Part shown: positions 49,215 to 60,268 of the stretch, piece by piece
Layout: each line of letters opens with the position of its first letter
Numbering within the stretch: position 1 is the stretch's first letter
Assembly: GCA_963813535.1 (NCBI GenBank)
Contig: CAWEZH010000002.1
Coordinates: forward strand, 1,888,001-1,952,000
Direction: 5' to 3'
From: an uncultured Chloroflexia bacterium
GTDB lineage: Bacteria; Chloroflexota; Limnocylindria; Limnocylindrales; CSP1-4
Length of the DNA: 64,000 bases
The notes under the pieces: generated by a model
Told to the model about the DNA's origin: nothing
Databases searched by the model: none
What the model saw: the letters and a program-made list of their open reading frames with translations, nothing else
Translations under genes and position numbers: made by a program

Positions 49215-50522
49215 TCAGACCGCCGGCCAGTCGAAGGTCACGATCGTGCCGATGCCGCCGTCACGGCGACCGGAACGAACCGATGCCCCGCACAGCTTCG
49301 CCTCGGTGACCATGTCGGCCAGACCCCGCCCGCCGTCCCTCAGGGCCACACCCTCGGTATCGACCGGGAGACCCGGTCCGTCGTCCTCGATGCACAGGCG
49401 GAGGTGGTCTGCGCCCGCGGCGACCACGAGCCTGACCGTCGCGTCCGGGGCGTGGCGCATCACGTTGTCAAGTGCCAGCGTGGCGACTCGCAGCGCGGCC
49501 CGGTCGACGTCGGTCGGGGGCGGCCCGGGGCGTGGTGCCGGACCGTCGGCGACATCGATGGTCACGCGGACGCCCGATCGGTCCTCGACCCGCTCGGCCA
49601 GCGACTCGAGCGCCGGAACCAACCCGCCGATCTCGAGACCGATCGCGTCGCGCGTCTCGATCATCGCTTCGATCTGCTGGAAGGCCTCTCGGAGCGAGCG
49701 GGCCAGGCGATCCACCGAGCCGACACGTTCTGCCTCACGAATCGCGCGCCGCAGGTCCGGCACGACGACCGCGTGCAGGTCACGGGCGATCCGCGCGCGT
49801 TCCGTCATCGCCGCTCGCCGCTCACGTGCCCGACTCGGGGTGAGCTCCTCGCCGAAGGCTCGGAGCCAGTCGATGACGTAACGGATCGCGCCGCTGGCGC
49901 CCGCAGATCGGCCGCGTTCCGTCGCAAGGCGTCGTGTCGCGCGACCAGCTGCGGGTCGAAGGTCGCTCGCCAGCCCAAGGACCACCAGGCCGACCGTGAT
50001 CAGGAGGAACGCTCGCGTCACGAGGCGCAGGTCACCGAGGGGCGAGACGCCGCCGACCGTGGCGGTCTCCGGGTCCGGGCTCGCGATCGCCCACAATCCG
50101 ATCGCGAACACGGCAGCCACGGCGCCCACCCCCAGCACCGCCAGACCGGGCGGCGGCCGTCGCGCGGGATCCGACGCATATCCGGCTGCCGCAGCGACGG
50201 CACCCGAGGCGGCCAGGACGAGCGCGATGGCGATCCAGCGCCACGTGTCGGCAGGGATCAGAGGGCGCTGTTCGCGGGCGAACGTCGCGAGGTCGATGGT
50301 CATCGTGGACAGCGCCAGGATCAACGCGAGCCACGCTGCCGTGGGATGGCGCCGGACGGTGAGACCGAAGACGCACAGCGCTGCGGCCGCGATGAGGAGC
50401 GGCAGCATGGCTTCCGGGGACGTGCTCGACCTGCCTCCGACCGAGATCCGAAGGACGCCCAATGCGACGACAAGCCCCAGCGCCCAGATACCGAGCAACG
50501 CGCCAAGCCACGGCCGGCTCAT
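49215..50522 (-). CDS. Membrane sensor histidine kinase (HisKA_3 type)
   Basis: About 6 TMs; ERARIARDLH; LDNVMRHA, IEDDGPG, GRGL. Confidence 0.85.
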   Translation of the reverse strand: MSRPWLGALLGIWALGLVVALGVLRISVGGRSSTSPEAMLPLLIAAAALCVFGLTVRRHPTAAWLALILALSTMTIDLATFAREQRPLIPADTWRWIAIALVLAASGAVAAAAGYASDPARRPPPGLAVLGVGAVAAVFAIGLWAIASPDPETATVGGVSPLGDLRLVTRAFLLITVGLVVLGLASDLRPAAGRATRRLATERGRSAGASGAIRYVIDWLRAFGEELTPSRARERRAAMTERARIARDLHAVVVPDLRRAIREAERVGSVDRLARSLREAFQQIEAMIETRDAIGLEIGGLVPALESLAERVEDRSGVRVTIDVADGPAPRPGPPPTDVDRAALRVATLALDNVMRHAPDATVRLVVAAGADHLRLCIEDDGPGLPVDTEGVALRDGGRGLADMVTEAKLCGASVRSGRRDGGIGTIVTFDWPAV

Positions 50523-51181
50523 CGGTGCTGCCGTCGATCCGCCGCCCAGCCTTCCTCGATGGCGAGCACCGCCAGTTCGGTCCGGGACAGCAACCCGTAG
50601 CGATCGAAGAGGCGGCGCAGATGGCTTTCCACGGTCTTCTCCGAAAGACCGAGGGCGGAGGCGATCTCGGCGTTGGTGGCGCCCTCGACGATCAGGCCGA
50701 TGACTTGCAGTTCGCGATCAGATGGCCGCCGACGTGCGTCGCGCGAGCCGTGGAGTGCCGCCGCCGAGTAGGCCGTGCCGCCGCCGGCGAGCGTGCGGAT
50801 CGCGGCGACGATCTCGTCGAGGTCGGCTGATTTGTCGAGGTAGCCGGACGCACCGTCGTCGAGCGCGGCGCGGATCAGAGAGGGGTAGCCGTATCCGGAC
50901 AGGAACAGGACCGCCGGGACCGCATCGCTCCGCTCGGCACGCGGGTCGTTGATCGCGCGAAGGACGTGCAGGCCCTCGGCGCCTCCCGCCAGGTTCATGT
51001 CGCACACGAGAACATCGACCATGGACGCGAGCCCGATGGCCTCATCGACGGTTCGTGCCGTTCCGATCAGGTCGAGGTCCGCGCTATCGCCGACGGCTGA
51101 CGCGATCGACGCGAGGACTGTCGGATGGTCGTCGACCACCCCGACCCGTACGAGGCGGCGGGAGGTGCGGTCGTCCCTGAT
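50519..51181 (-). CDS. NarL/LuxR family response regulator
   Basis: VRVGVVDDHP, VCDMNL, GYLDK, SDRELQVI..GATNAEIA..LSEKTVESH; start uncertain (GTG 51139 or ATC 51181). Confidence 0.9.
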   Translation of the reverse strand: MRDDRTSRRLVRVGVVDDHPTVLASIASAVGDSADLDLIGTARTVDEAIGLASMVDVLVCDMNLAGGAEGLHVLRAINDPRAERSDAVPAVLFLSGYGYPSLIRAALDDGASGYLDKSADLDEIVAAIRTLAGGGTAYSAAALHGSRDARRRPSDRELQVIGLIVEGATNAEIASALGLSEKTVESHLRRLFDRYGLLSRTELAVLAIEEGWAADRRQHR

Positions 51182-51291
51182 GTCAGCCCCCTCTCCGATG
51201 ACGGCAGCCTAGCGCCACCAGAGTGCCGGGGATCCTCCCGCGCTCACATCCGGTGGAATCCCGCAACGGCAGGATCAACCGAGGGCGAGGG

Positions 51292-52551
51292 CTACCGGTC
51301 GAAGAGGCGCGAGACCTCCTGCAGACCGGTCGCGAGACGGTCGATGTCGTCGGTCGTCGTATAGACGCTGAAGCTCGCGCGGGCGGTGGCCGCAAGATCG
51401 AGACGCTCGTGGAGGGGCATCGTGCAGTGGTGCCCGGCACGGACGGCGATGCCGTACCGATCGAGCACCTGCGCCACATCGTGCGGATGGATGCCCGGCA
51501 GGTTGAACGGGACGACACCGCCCCGACGGTCCGGGTCGAGTGGCCCATAGAGCTCGATCTGCGGCACCTGGCGTGGCAGCACATCGAGGGCGTACGTCAC
51601 GAGCGACCGCTCGTGCTCGCGGACGGCATCCATACCCAGGCCCATCAGGTAGTCCGCCGCGACCCCGAGCCCGATGGCATCGGCCACGGCCGGCGTCCCC
51701 GCCTCGAACTTCCAGGGCACCTCGTTGAACTCGCTGCGCCGGAGGTGGACCTCCCGGATCATCTCGCCACCGGCGAGGAACGGGGGCATCGACTCGAGCA
51801 GCTCCCGTCGCGCCCACAGCGCGCCCGAGCCCATCGGCGCCAGCATCTTGTGGCCGCTGAAGGCGTAGAAGTCGCAGCCGATCTCCTGGACGTCGACGGG
51901 CACGTGCGGCACGGCCTGGGCACCGTCGACGAGGACCAGCGCCCCCGCCGCATGGGCCATCTCGGTCATCTCGCGGACCGGGTTGATGGTGCCCAGCGTG
52001 TTCGAGACGTGCGTGAACGCGACCAGCTTCGGCTTGAGACGGAGCAGCACCTCGAAGACATCGAGGCGCAGCTCGCCGTCATCGGTGATGGGGATGAACT
52101 CGAGGTCGCCGTCCTGTTCCTGCACGAGGAGCTGCCACGGGACGAGGTTGGCGTGATGCTCCATCTCGGTCAGGACGATCGCATCGCCGCGCGAGATGTT
52201 GCGCCGGCCCCACGAGTACGAGACGAGGTTGATCGCCTCGGTCGCGTTGCGGGTGAAGACGATCTCGTGGCTGTCGGGGGCGTTGATGAACCGAGCGACC
52301 GTGGCTCGCGCCGCCTCGTACGCCGCCGTCGCGCGCTCGCCGATCGTGTAGATCCCGCGATGGACGTTGGCGTTGTACTCGCGGTAGTAGTCGGCGACCG
52401 CGTCGATCACGACCGCCGGCTTCTGGCTGCTCGACGCGGAGTCGAGGTAGGTCAGGGGATGGCCGTTGATGATCTGCGACAGGATCGGGAAGTCGCGGCG
52501 CAGCGCGACCGGGTCGAGGGTGGGCCTGGGAGTGGACGCCTCGACGGCCAA
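51292..52551 (-). CDS. sufS: Cysteine desulfurase SufS
   Basis: YLDSASSSQKP, ANVHRG, EHHAN, DGAQ, SGHKM, FEAGTP, RAGHHC. Confidence 0.95.
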   Translation of the reverse strand: MAVEASTPRPTLDPVALRRDFPILSQIINGHPLTYLDSASSSQKPAVVIDAVADYYREYNANVHRGIYTIGERATAAYEAARATVARFINAPDSHEIVFTRNATEAINLVSYSWGRRNISRGDAIVLTEMEHHANLVPWQLLVQEQDGDLEFIPITDDGELRLDVFEVLLRLKPKLVAFTHVSNTLGTINPVREMTEMAHAAGALVLVDGAQAVPHVPVDVQEIGCDFYAFSGHKMLAPMGSGALWARRELLESMPPFLAGGEMIREVHLRRSEFNEVPWKFEAGTPAVADAIGLGVAADYLMGLGMDAVREHERSLVTYALDVLPRQVPQIELYGPLDPDRRGGVVPFNLPGIHPHDVAQVLDRYGIAVRAGHHCTMPLHERLDLAATARASFSVYTTTDDIDRLATGLQEVSRLFDR

Positions 52552-52565
52552 TGTCGTGCGCCCGG

Positions 52566-53477
52566 CTAGCGGGCGGCCTCCACCGGCTCGCGGTCGAGGT
52601 CGAGGTCCGGACCCTTGGGCACGAGGAGCGCCTCGTCCGGGAGCTCAGGCTCGAGACCAGCGGCACGCAGGATCGGGCCGTAGCCCTCGTCCTCGAGCCG
52701 GAGCGCCAGCTCGCGGCCACCGCTCTTGACGATGCGGCCCTGGGCGAGCACGTGGACGACGTCCGGCTTGATGTGGTTCAGCAACCGCTGGTAGTGCGTG
52801 ATCAGCAGCACGCCGAGGTTCGGGTTGAGCATCGCGTTGACGCCCTCGGCGACGATCCGCAACGCGTCGATGTCGAGGCCGGAGTCGGTCTCGTCGAGGA
52901 TCGCCATCTCGGGTTCGATGACCGCCATCTGCAGCATCTCGAGTCGCTTCTTCTCGCCGCCGGAGAAGCCCTCGTTGACGTAGCGGCTGGCGAAGCCCTC
53001 GTCCATCCGGAGAAGGGCCATCTTCTCGCGCATCTTGGTGCGGAAGTCGCGCATCGACACGCCGCCCTTGACCGGATCGGTCGGGTCGATGTCGGCGTCC
53101 TTGTCGATGCCCTGCAGCTTGGCGTTCAGCGCGCTCCGGATGAAGGATGCGACGCTCAGGCCGGGGACGGCCGTCGGGTACTGGAATGCGAGGAACATGC
53201 CGAGGCGGGCGCGCTTGTCCGGCGACAGCTTGAGGATGTCGCGGCCCTTCCAGAGGACTTCGCCTGCGGTGACGACGTAGGCCGGGTGGCCCATCAGCGC
53301 ATACGCGAGCGTCGTCTTGCCCGAGCCGTTGGGGCCCATGATCGCGTGGACTTCGCCCTTCCCGACCGTCAGGTCGATCCCCTGGAGGATCTCCTGGTCG
53401 GGATGGCCGAGCGGCGCGACACGCAGGCCGCGGATGACGAGTTGCTGGTCGGAGGCGGCGGTCGACTGGTCGGTCAC
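52566..53477 (-). CDS. sufC: Fe-S assembly ATPase SufC
   Basis: MGPNGSGKTT, FLAFQYP, NEGFSGGEKKR, LDETDSGLDIDAL, ITHYQRLL. Confidence 0.95.
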   Translation of the reverse strand: MTDQSTAASDQQLVIRGLRVAPLGHPDQEILQGIDLTVGKGEVHAIMGPNGSGKTTLAYALMGHPAYVVTAGEVLWKGRDILKLSPDKRARLGMFLAFQYPTAVPGLSVASFIRSALNAKLQGIDKDADIDPTDPVKGGVSMRDFRTKMREKMALLRMDEGFASRYVNEGFSGGEKKRLEMLQMAVIEPEMAILDETDSGLDIDALRIVAEGVNAMLNPNLGVLLITHYQRLLNHIKPDVVHVLAQGRIVKSGGRELALRLEDEGYGPILRAAGLEPELPDEALLVPKGPDLDLDREPVEAAR

Positions 53478-53932
53478 GGGGTGATCAGGGCTCCTTGGGG
53501 GTCGTCGACGGAGGCGACGCGCGGTGGGGCGAGGTCGGCGAGGGTCATCGAATCGAGCGTCGAGGTGATCGCATCGCGCACACGCACCCAGAGGATGTTG
53601 ACCGTGCAGCGCGACGAACGGTCGCAGGTCGTGGCGTGTTCCGGGTCGTCGGTCGCGCAGAACATCGGGGCGATCGGACCTTCCAGGGCGCGGAGGACCT
53701 CGCTCATCGGGATCAGGCCCGGCGCCCGCGTCAGCTCGTAGCCGCCATGGGCGCCGCGAGTGCTGACGACGAGTCCCGCCTCGCGCAGGTTGACGACGAG
53801 CTGCTCGAGGTACGCGCGCGGCAGGTCCTCCTCTGCCGCGATCCCGGCCAGGCTGGCCGGCCCGGTGCCGTAGTGGCGGGCGAGCTGCACCATCAACCGC
53901 ACGCCGTACTCGCCCTTCGTCGAAAAGGACAC
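53474..53932 (-). CDS. Rrf2 family regulator with three Cys (IscR-like)
   Basis: STKGEYG, YLEQL, STRGAHGGYEL, LEG...C-x10-C-x5-C. Confidence 0.92.
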   Translation of the reverse strand: MSFSTKGEYGVRLMVQLARHYGTGPASLAGIAAEEDLPRAYLEQLVVNLREAGLVVSTRGAHGGYELTRAPGLIPMSEVLRALEGPIAPMFCATDDPEHATTCDRSSRCTVNILWVRVRDAITSTLDSMTLADLAPPRVASVDDPQGALITP

Positions 53933-54009
53933 GGCGCCTGAGCCGTGGTAGGCCGGGCGCTGGGCGGGCTGAGGCTGGGAGCCGGTCGTGGCAGTCAGGG
54001 CGGAAGGAC

Positions 54010-54069
54010 CTCGATATCCGAGTGATTTCGTCGGATATCGAGTCTAGGCCCGCAGGGCCGGGGCGTCAA
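54010..54069 (-). promoter_or_regulatory. rrf2-sufC-sufS promoter and operator
   Basis: TTGACG (54069-54064), 17 bp, TAGACT (54046-54041), followed by palindrome CTCGATATCCGA-N9-TCGGATATCGAG (54010-54042). Confidence 0.8.
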
Positions 54070-55996
54070 CGCGAGCGGCGGGCATGGCACGAAGCCGGCG
54101 GACGAGCTCGGCGGCCTGCTCGTAGCGCCCGAACGACGGCATGACGTAGGTGCCGGCCACCCGGTCGCCGACGACCGCCAGCAACTCCTCGGTGATGCGC
54201 AGCCCGACCTCCGCGCCGCGCTCACCGGCCTCCCGCAGCGCGTCACGCGTCGCGTCCGGGATCGTGATGCCGGGCACCTCGTGGTGGAGGAACTCGGCGT
54301 GGCGGGACGACTGGAGCGGCAGCACTCCGAGCAGCACCGGGATGGGGAAACCGGCCGGACCGAAGCGGCGACACGCCTCGCGGAACATGGCCTCGACCTG
54401 CGCCTCCGAGTAGAGCGGCTGGGTCATGATCAGGTGCGCACCCGCGGCGATCTTGCGGTCCAGGCGATCCCACTCCGTGGCCGCGTCGGCGGCCGTCGGG
54501 TCGAGGGCACAGGCGATCGTGAACGAGGCCGGCTGGCCGATCGGCGAGCCGGCCGCATCCTCGCCACGGTTGAGGCGGGCCAGGATCTCGACCAGCCCGA
54601 TCGAATCGACGTCCCACACGCCGGTCGCCCCGGGCAGGTCACCGATCCGCGGCGGGTCCCCGGTGAGCGCCAGGATGTCGCGCACACCGAGCGCGTGGGC
54701 GCCGAGCAGCTCCGACTCGAGCGCCATCAGGTTCCGGTCGCGGGTCGTGACGTGGACGACGCATTCGACGTCGAGGTCGTGCTGGATCCCGAACGCGACG
54801 GCCAGCGCCCCCATACGCACCCGCGCCATCGCCGAATCGCTGACATTGACGATGTCGACGCCGGCGTCCTGCAGCATGCGCGCCGCCTCGATCGTTCGCT
54901 CGATGCGCACGGAGCGCGGCGGATCGATCTCGACCGAGATCACGTATCGGCCGTCGGCGAGGGCCCGGGCCAGCCGCGACGGCGGTGCGGTCGTGTCCGC
55001 CGATGCGGCGACCTCGGCGCGGATCGTCGTGGAGGCGGCCCCTGCGTACGCAGGGGCGGGCGCCGGAGCGACCTCGTTCGGGGCGGTCCCGGCCCGCGCG
55101 TCGATCGCCACGCGCATCGCCGCGATGTGTTCCGGCGTCGTCCCGCAGCAGCCGCCGACGATGGCCGCACCCGCGTCGAGCATGTCGCCGACCATCCGAC
55201 CGAGATAGTCGGGGCCGGCGGCGTAGACGAACTGTCCCTCGATCCGTTGCGGCAGGCCTGCGTTCGGGAGGATCGCGTGGGGGATCGCACCGCCGTCATG
55301 GGCCATGGCCGCGAGCGCCTCGAGGCAGCCGACCGGCCCCGCGCCGCAGTTGACGCCGATGACGTCGACATCGATCCGACCGGCCAGCGCCGCTGCCGCA
55401 GCGCCGGGACTCGTCCCATCGGGCAGCGCGGCCTCCTCGCCGAAGGTCAGCAGCGCCACGACCGGCAGGTCGGCGGCAGCCGCGCGGGCCTCCTCGACCG
55501 CGACCGCGAGGTGGTCGATGAGACCGAATGTCTCGAACCAGAACACATCGACACCGCCCTCGAGCAGCCCCTCGATGGTCTCACGGAACGCGGCGCGGAC
55601 AGCGTCCTCGGAGAGCTGCACGATCTCGCGTGTCGGTGGACCGAGCGGCCCGATCGAGCCTGCCACCAGCACGTCGCGGCCGGCCACATCACGGGCCTCG
55701 CGGGCGAGCTGGGCACCACGGCGGGCCAGCCTGGCGGCACGCTCGGCGAGCCCGTGCGGCGCGAGGCGGACGCGGTTCGCTCCGAACGTCGCCGTCTCGA
55801 TGATGTCCGAGCCGACGTCGAGGTACTCGCGATGGATCGCGCCGATGAGGTCCGGCCGGGTCGCGACCAGGTCGTCAAGCACGGCGCGCTGCGGGATGCC
55901 TCGGCTGAACAGCAGCGTGCCCATGGCGCCGTCGGCGAGGAGCGGTCCGCTCGCCAGCCGCTCGCGGAAGCGGGTGCGCGCGTCGCCGACCGTCAT
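54044..55996 (-). CDS. Bifunctional homocysteine S-methyltransferase / methylenetetrahydrofolate reductase (YitJ-like)
   Basis: [28 protein letters not shown]; then [34 protein letters not shown]. Confidence 0.92.
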   Translation of the reverse strand: MTVGDARTRFRERLASGPLLADGAMGTLLFSRGIPQRAVLDDLVATRPDLIGAIHREYLDVGSDIIETATFGANRVRLAPHGLAERAARLARRGAQLAREARDVAGRDVLVAGSIGPLGPPTREIVQLSEDAVRAAFRETIEGLLEGGVDVFWFETFGLIDHLAVAVEEARAAAADLPVVALLTFGEEAALPDGTSPGAAAAALAGRIDVDVIGVNCGAGPVGCLEALAAMAHDGGAIPHAILPNAGLPQRIEGQFVYAAGPDYLGRMVGDMLDAGAAIVGGCCGTTPEHIAAMRVAIDARAGTAPNEVAPAPAPAYAGAASTTIRAEVAASADTTAPPSRLARALADGRYVISVEIDPPRSVRIERTIEAARMLQDAGVDIVNVSDSAMARVRMGALAVAFGIQHDLDVECVVHVTTRDRNLMALESELLGAHALGVRDILALTGDPPRIGDLPGATGVWDVDSIGLVEILARLNRGEDAAGSPIGQPASFTIACALDPTAADAATEWDRLDRKIAAGAHLIMTQPLYSEAQVEAMFREACRRFGPAGFPIPVLLGVLPLQSSRHAEFLHHEVPGITIPDATRDALREAGERGAEVGLRITEELLAVVGDRVAGTYVMPSFGRYEQAAELVRRLRAMPAARVDAPALRA

Positions 55997-58900
55997 GCCC
56001 GCTCCCGCAGGTTCGGCGCGAGCCACCGTTCCGCCTCGGCGAGGGGGATCCCTTTGCGAGCGGCGTAATCCTCGAGCTGGTCCCGGTCGATCCGGCCGAC
56101 GCCGAAGTAGTGGCTCGCCGGGTTCCACAGGTAGTAGCCGGACACCGACGCCCCGGGCAGCATCGCGCACGACTCCGTCAACTCGATGCCGGCGCGTGCC
56201 GTCGCATCGAGGAGCTCGAACAGCGTCTGCTTCTCGGTGTGATCGGGGCAGGCCGGATAGCCGGGCGCGGGACGGATGCCCTGGTAGCGCTCAGCGATCA
56301 GCTCGCTGTTGGACAGGGCCTCATCCGGCGCATAGCCCCAGAGCTCGCGCCGGACGCGCTCGTGGAGGCGCTCGGCGAACGCCTCGGCCAGGCGGTCGGC
56401 CAGTGCCTTCGCGAGGATCGCCGAGTAGTCGTCATGCGCTGTGGTGAACTCGGCGACCAGCCCGTCCGGACCGTCCAGACCGTGGCCTGCCGTGACCGCG
56501 AACGCGCCGACGTGATCGACGAGCCCGCTGCCGATCGGAGCGACGAAATCGGCCAGCGCGACGTTCGGTCGAGCGTCGGTCTTGGCCATCTGCTGACGGA
56601 GCGTCCGGAACGTGGCCAGCCGGTCGTGGCGCTCCTCATCACGCCACACGGCGATGTCGTCGACCTCGGCGTTGGCCGGCCAGAACCCGACGACGCCGCT
56701 CGCACGGATCTGCGTCTCGGAGACGATGCGATCCAGCAGACGCCGCGCGTCGTCGTACAGGTCGCGCGCCGCCGCGCCGACCTTGGGGTCGTCGAGGATC
56801 GCGGGGTACGCACCGCGCAGCTCCCAGGTCGCGAAGAAGGGCGTCCAGTCGATCCGCTCGACGAGCTCGGCGAGTGGGTAGTCGTCGAACGTCCGGACGC
56901 CGAGGAACGCAGGGCGCGGTGGCGTGACCGTCGACCAGTCGATCGGCACCCGGTTCGCCCGGGCCTCGCCGATCGTCAGGTAGCGCTCCTTCGCCTGGCG
57001 GCCGGCACGATCGAGGCGGATGGCCTCGTACTCGTCGTGGACGCCAGTGGCGTAGGCGGGCCGCCGGTTGCTGTCTACGAGCGCGCCCGCGACGCCGACC
57101 GCCCGTGACGCATCGAGCACGTGGACGACCGGCCCCGAGTACGCGGGCGCGATCTTCACGGCCGTGTGCATGCGCGAGGTGGTCGCCCCGCCGATGAGCA
57201 GCGGGGTCGTCATGCCGAGCCGCTCCATCTCGGACGCGACGTGGACCATCTCGTCGAGTGACGGCGTGATCAGCCCCGACAGTCCGATCAGGTCCGCGTC
57301 ATGCTCGGCGGCGGTCTCCAGGATCCGTGCGGCCGGCACCATCACGCCTAGGTCGATGACCTCGTAGTCGTTGCACCCCAGGACGACCCCGACGATGTTC
57401 TTGCCGATGTCATGAACGTCGCCCTTGACGGTGGCAGTCACGATCGTGCCGGCCTTGCGGACGCCGGTGCCCTCACGCTCTTCCTCGAGATACGGCACGA
57501 GGTGAGCAACGGCCTTCTTCATGACCCGGGCGCTCTTGACGACCTGGGGCAGGAACATCCGCCCGGAGCCGAACAAGTCGCCGACGACGTTCATCCCGTC
57601 CATCAGCGGGCCTTCGATGACCTCGAGGGGACGGCTTGCCGCCAGGCGAGCCTCCTCGGTGTCCTCGACGATCCAGGTGTCGATACCCTCGACCAATGCG
57701 TGGGTGAGTCGCTCCCCGACGGGGCGCTCGCGCCACGCGAGGTCCTCCGCCGGCCGGTCCATTCCGGCACTGCCTTCGTACTGCCTCGCGATCTCCAGCA
57801 GGCGCTCTGTGGCGTCGGCGCGGCGGTTGAGCACGACGTCCTCGACGCGCTCTCGAAGGTCCGGCTCGATATCGTCATACACCGGCAGCACACCGGCATT
57901 CACGATGGCCATGTCCAGCCCGGCCCCCTTGGCGTGGTACAGGAAGACCGAATGGATCGCCTCGCGCACGCGATCGTTGCCGCGGAACGCGAAGGACACG
58001 TTCGACACGCCGCCTGACGTGCGCGTGCCGGGTAGTTCGGCCTTCAGCCGCTGTACGGCCTCGATGAACGACACGGCATAGGCGTTGTGCTCCTCGATGC
58101 CGGTCGCGATGGCGAAGATGTTGGCGTCGAGGATGATGTCCTCCGGGGCAAAGCCGACGACCTCGGTCAGGAGCTTGTGCGCACGCTTGAGGACGCCCAC
58201 CCTGCGCTCGACCGAGTCTGCCTGGCCCTGCTCATCGAACGCCATGACGACCACCGCTGCGCCATAGCGCTTGCACAGGCGCGCCTGGCGCAGGAACTCG
58301 GCCTCGCCCTCCTTGAGCGAGATGGAGTTCACGACGCCCTTGCCCTGGAGCTGCTGCAGCCCGGCTTCGATGACCGACCACTTCGAGCTGTCGACCATGA
58401 CCGGCACCGTCGCGATGTCGGGCTCGGCGGCAACGCGGCGCAGGAACCGGGTCATCGCCGCGACGCCATCGAGCATCGCCTCGTCCATGTTCACGTCGAT
58501 GAGCTGGGCGCCGTTGGCGACCTGCTCGCGGGCGATGTCGATCGCCTCGTCCTCGCCGCCTTCAGCCATGAGCCTCGCGAACTTGCGCGAGCCGGTCACG
58601 TTGGTCCGCTCGCCGACGTTGACGAACGTGTCGCCGGGCGGTGGGATGACGACGGGCTCGAGGCCGGAGAGGCGGGTCTTCGCCGGCGGTCGGACGATCG
58701 GGCGCGGGGCGGCACCGGCGACGGCGGCTGCGATCGCCTCGATGTGCTCCGGCGTCGTCCCGCAACAGCCGCCGGCGATGTTCAGCAGGCCGTGGCTGGC
58801 CCACTCGCCCAGCGCGTCGGCCATCGCCTCCGGCGTCTCGTCGTAGCCTCCGAGTTCATTCGGCAGGCCGGCGTTCGGATAGGCCGACACCGGTCGGTCG

Positions 58901-59772
58901 GCGACGCGTGCGAGCACGTCGAGGTGCTCGCGCAGCTGCTTGGGCCCGAGCGCGCAGTTGAGTCCGACGACCAGCGGGTCGGCGTGGCGGATGCTATGCC
59001 AGAACGCCTCGACCGTCTGTCCGGACAGCGTCCGTCCGGACGCGTCGACGATCGTCCCGGACACGATGACCGGCAGCCGCTCGCCGAGCTCGTCGAACAA
59101 CGTCTCGACGGCGAAGATCGCAGCCTTCGCGTTGAGCGTGTCGAAGATCGTCTCGATCAGCAGGATGTCGGCGCCACCTTCGACCAGACCGGCCGCCGCG
59201 TCGTGGTAGGCGTCCTGCAGCTCGGCCCAGCTGATCGCCCGGGCCGCCGGATCGCCCACGTCCGGGCTGATGGACGCGGTCCGGTTCGTGGGGCCGAGGG
59301 CACCCGCGACGAACCGAGGCCGACCAGGGTCGCGTGCTTCGGCCACGTCGGCGGCGGCGCGCGCCAGTCGGGCGGCGGTGACGTTGAGGTCGCGGACGAC
59401 CGCGTCGTCGAGCCCGTAGTCGGCCTGGGCGATCCGCGTGGAGGTGAAGGTGTTGGTCGAGACGATGTCCGCGCCGGCGTCCAGATAGGCCGCGTGTACG
59501 GCCCGGACCGCGTCGGGCTGCGTCAGCGTCAGGAGATCGTTGTTACCACGCAGGTCGCGGGGATGCTCGCGGAAGCGGTCACCCCGGTAGCCTCCCTCAT
59601 CGAACCCGTACGCCTGCAGCATCGTGCCCATCGCGCCATCGAGGACAAGGATGCGTTCCGCGAGCATGCCGGAGAGCCGGGCGCGTCGGCTCGTGCGCGC
59701 GAACGGCGCGGCGGCGTCCGCCTCGGACGTGCGCGACTCGCCAAGTGGCGGCGATAGGGTGCGGTTCGACAC
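55993..59772 (-). CDS. metH: Cobalamin-dependent methionine synthase
   Basis: [46 protein letters not shown]12 motif, [12 protein letters not shown] activation domain. Confidence 0.97.
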   Translation of the reverse strand: MSNRTLSPPLGESRTSEADAAAPFARTSRRARLSGMLAERILVLDGAMGTMLQAYGFDEGGYRGDRFREHPRDLRGNNDLLTLTQPDAVRAVHAAYLDAGADIVSTNTFTSTRIAQADYGLDDAVVRDLNVTAARLARAAADVAEARDPGRPRFVAGALGPTNRTASISPDVGDPAARAISWAELQDAYHDAAAGLVEGGADILLIETIFDTLNAKAAIFAVETLFDELGERLPVIVSGTIVDASGRTLSGQTVEAFWHSIRHADPLVVGLNCALGPKQLREHLDVLARVADRPVSAYPNAGLPNELGGYDETPEAMADALGEWASHGLLNIAGGCCGTTPEHIEAIAAAVAGAAPRPIVRPPAKTRLSGLEPVVIPPPGDTFVNVGERTNVTGSRKFARLMAEGGEDEAIDIAREQVANGAQLIDVNMDEAMLDGVAAMTRFLRRVAAEPDIATVPVMVDSSKWSVIEAGLQQLQGKGVVNSISLKEGEAEFLRQARLCKRYGAAVVVMAFDEQGQADSVERRVGVLKRAHKLLTEVVGFAPEDIILDANIFAIATGIEEHNAYAVSFIEAVQRLKAELPGTRTSGGVSNVSFAFRGNDRVREAIHSVFLYHAKGAGLDMAIVNAGVLPVYDDIEPDLRERVEDVVLNRRADATERLLEIARQYEGSAGMDRPAEDLAWRERPVGERLTHALVEGIDTWIVEDTEEARLAASRPLEVIEGPLMDGMNVVGDLFGSGRMFLPQVVKSARVMKKAVAHLVPYLEEEREGTGVRKAGTIVTATVKGDVHDIGKNIVGVVLGCNDYEVIDLGVMVPAARILETAAEHDADLIGLSGLITPSLDEMVHVASEMERLGMTTPLLIGGATTSRMHTAVKIAPAYSGPVVHVLDASRAVGVAGALVDSNRRPAYATGVHDEYEAIRLDRAGRQAKERYLTIGEARANRVPIDWSTVTPPRPAFLGVRTFDDYPLAELVERIDWTPFFATWELRGAYPAILDDPKVGAAARDLYDDARRLLDRIVSETQIRASGVVGFWPANAEVDDIAVWRDEERHDRLATFRTLRQQMAKTDARPNVALADFVAPIGSGLVDHVGAFAVTAGHGLDGPDGLVAEFTTAHDDYSAILAKALADRLAEAFAERLHERVRRELWGYAPDEALSNSELIAERYQGIRPAPGYPACPDHTEKQTLFELLDATARAGIELTESCAMLPGASVSGYYLWNPASHYFGVGRIDRDQLEDYAARKGIPLAEAERWLAPNLRERA

Positions 59773-59864
59773 TGGCAGCTCCGGGCCTCGCGGCGCAGCG
59801 GCAGGACACGGCCCGTGGACCCGGACGACCTGGTCGCTTCGAGGGAGCTCCGAAGGGAGTGTCC

Positions 59865-59968
59865 CTTATCTCGCAGGAGGACCTGCCCGGATTTGGCACC
59901 TTGCCGACGTCGCGTCGGTAGGTTGTCGTGGCATCGACGGGCCGGTCCCTCCGCCACTCTGGATAAGC
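59865..59968 (-). ncRNA. SAM-I riboswitch (S-box)
   Basis: Minus strand CTTATCCAGAG-TGGCGGAGGGACCGGCCC...GACAACC...GGTGCCAAATCC...GAGATAAG upstream of metH. One P3 mismatch (GACAACC vs usual GGCAACC). No U-rich terminator; AGCTCC (59849-59844) can pair with SD GGAGCT (59782-59777), suggesting translational control. Confidence 0.92.
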
Positions 59969-60052
59969 ACTTCTTCGGTTGTGAACCGATGATGCCCGTC
60001 CCGCGTGCGCTCCGCAAGGGGGAGGAACGTCAGCCAGCGGCGAACCTTTCCT

Positions 60053-60259
60053 TTAGGCCCGGCGAGCCGCCCGCCACCGAACCGCGAGGTCGCGCACGAC
60101 CGTGATGTCGTGCGTCGCGGAGGCGTTGCTACTGCCAGTGCGCAACTTGGAGCCCGGCTTGAGCATCGCCCGCAGGTCGCGATCCACCGCGGCCTTCGAG
60201 CGGCCAGCCGGCGTCCCGCCCTTTGCGGCGCGGATTGCCTGGAGCTGTTCGCGATCCAT
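60053..60259 (-). CDS. Small basic hypothetical protein (68 aa)
   Basis: ATG 9 bp after the upstream stop; fills the gap; no recognised domain. Confidence 0.45.
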   Translation of the reverse strand: MDREQLQAIRAAKGGTPAGRSKAAVDRDLRAMLKPGSKLRTGSSNASATHDITVVRDLAVRWRAARRA

Positions 60260-60268
60260 GACGCCGGC

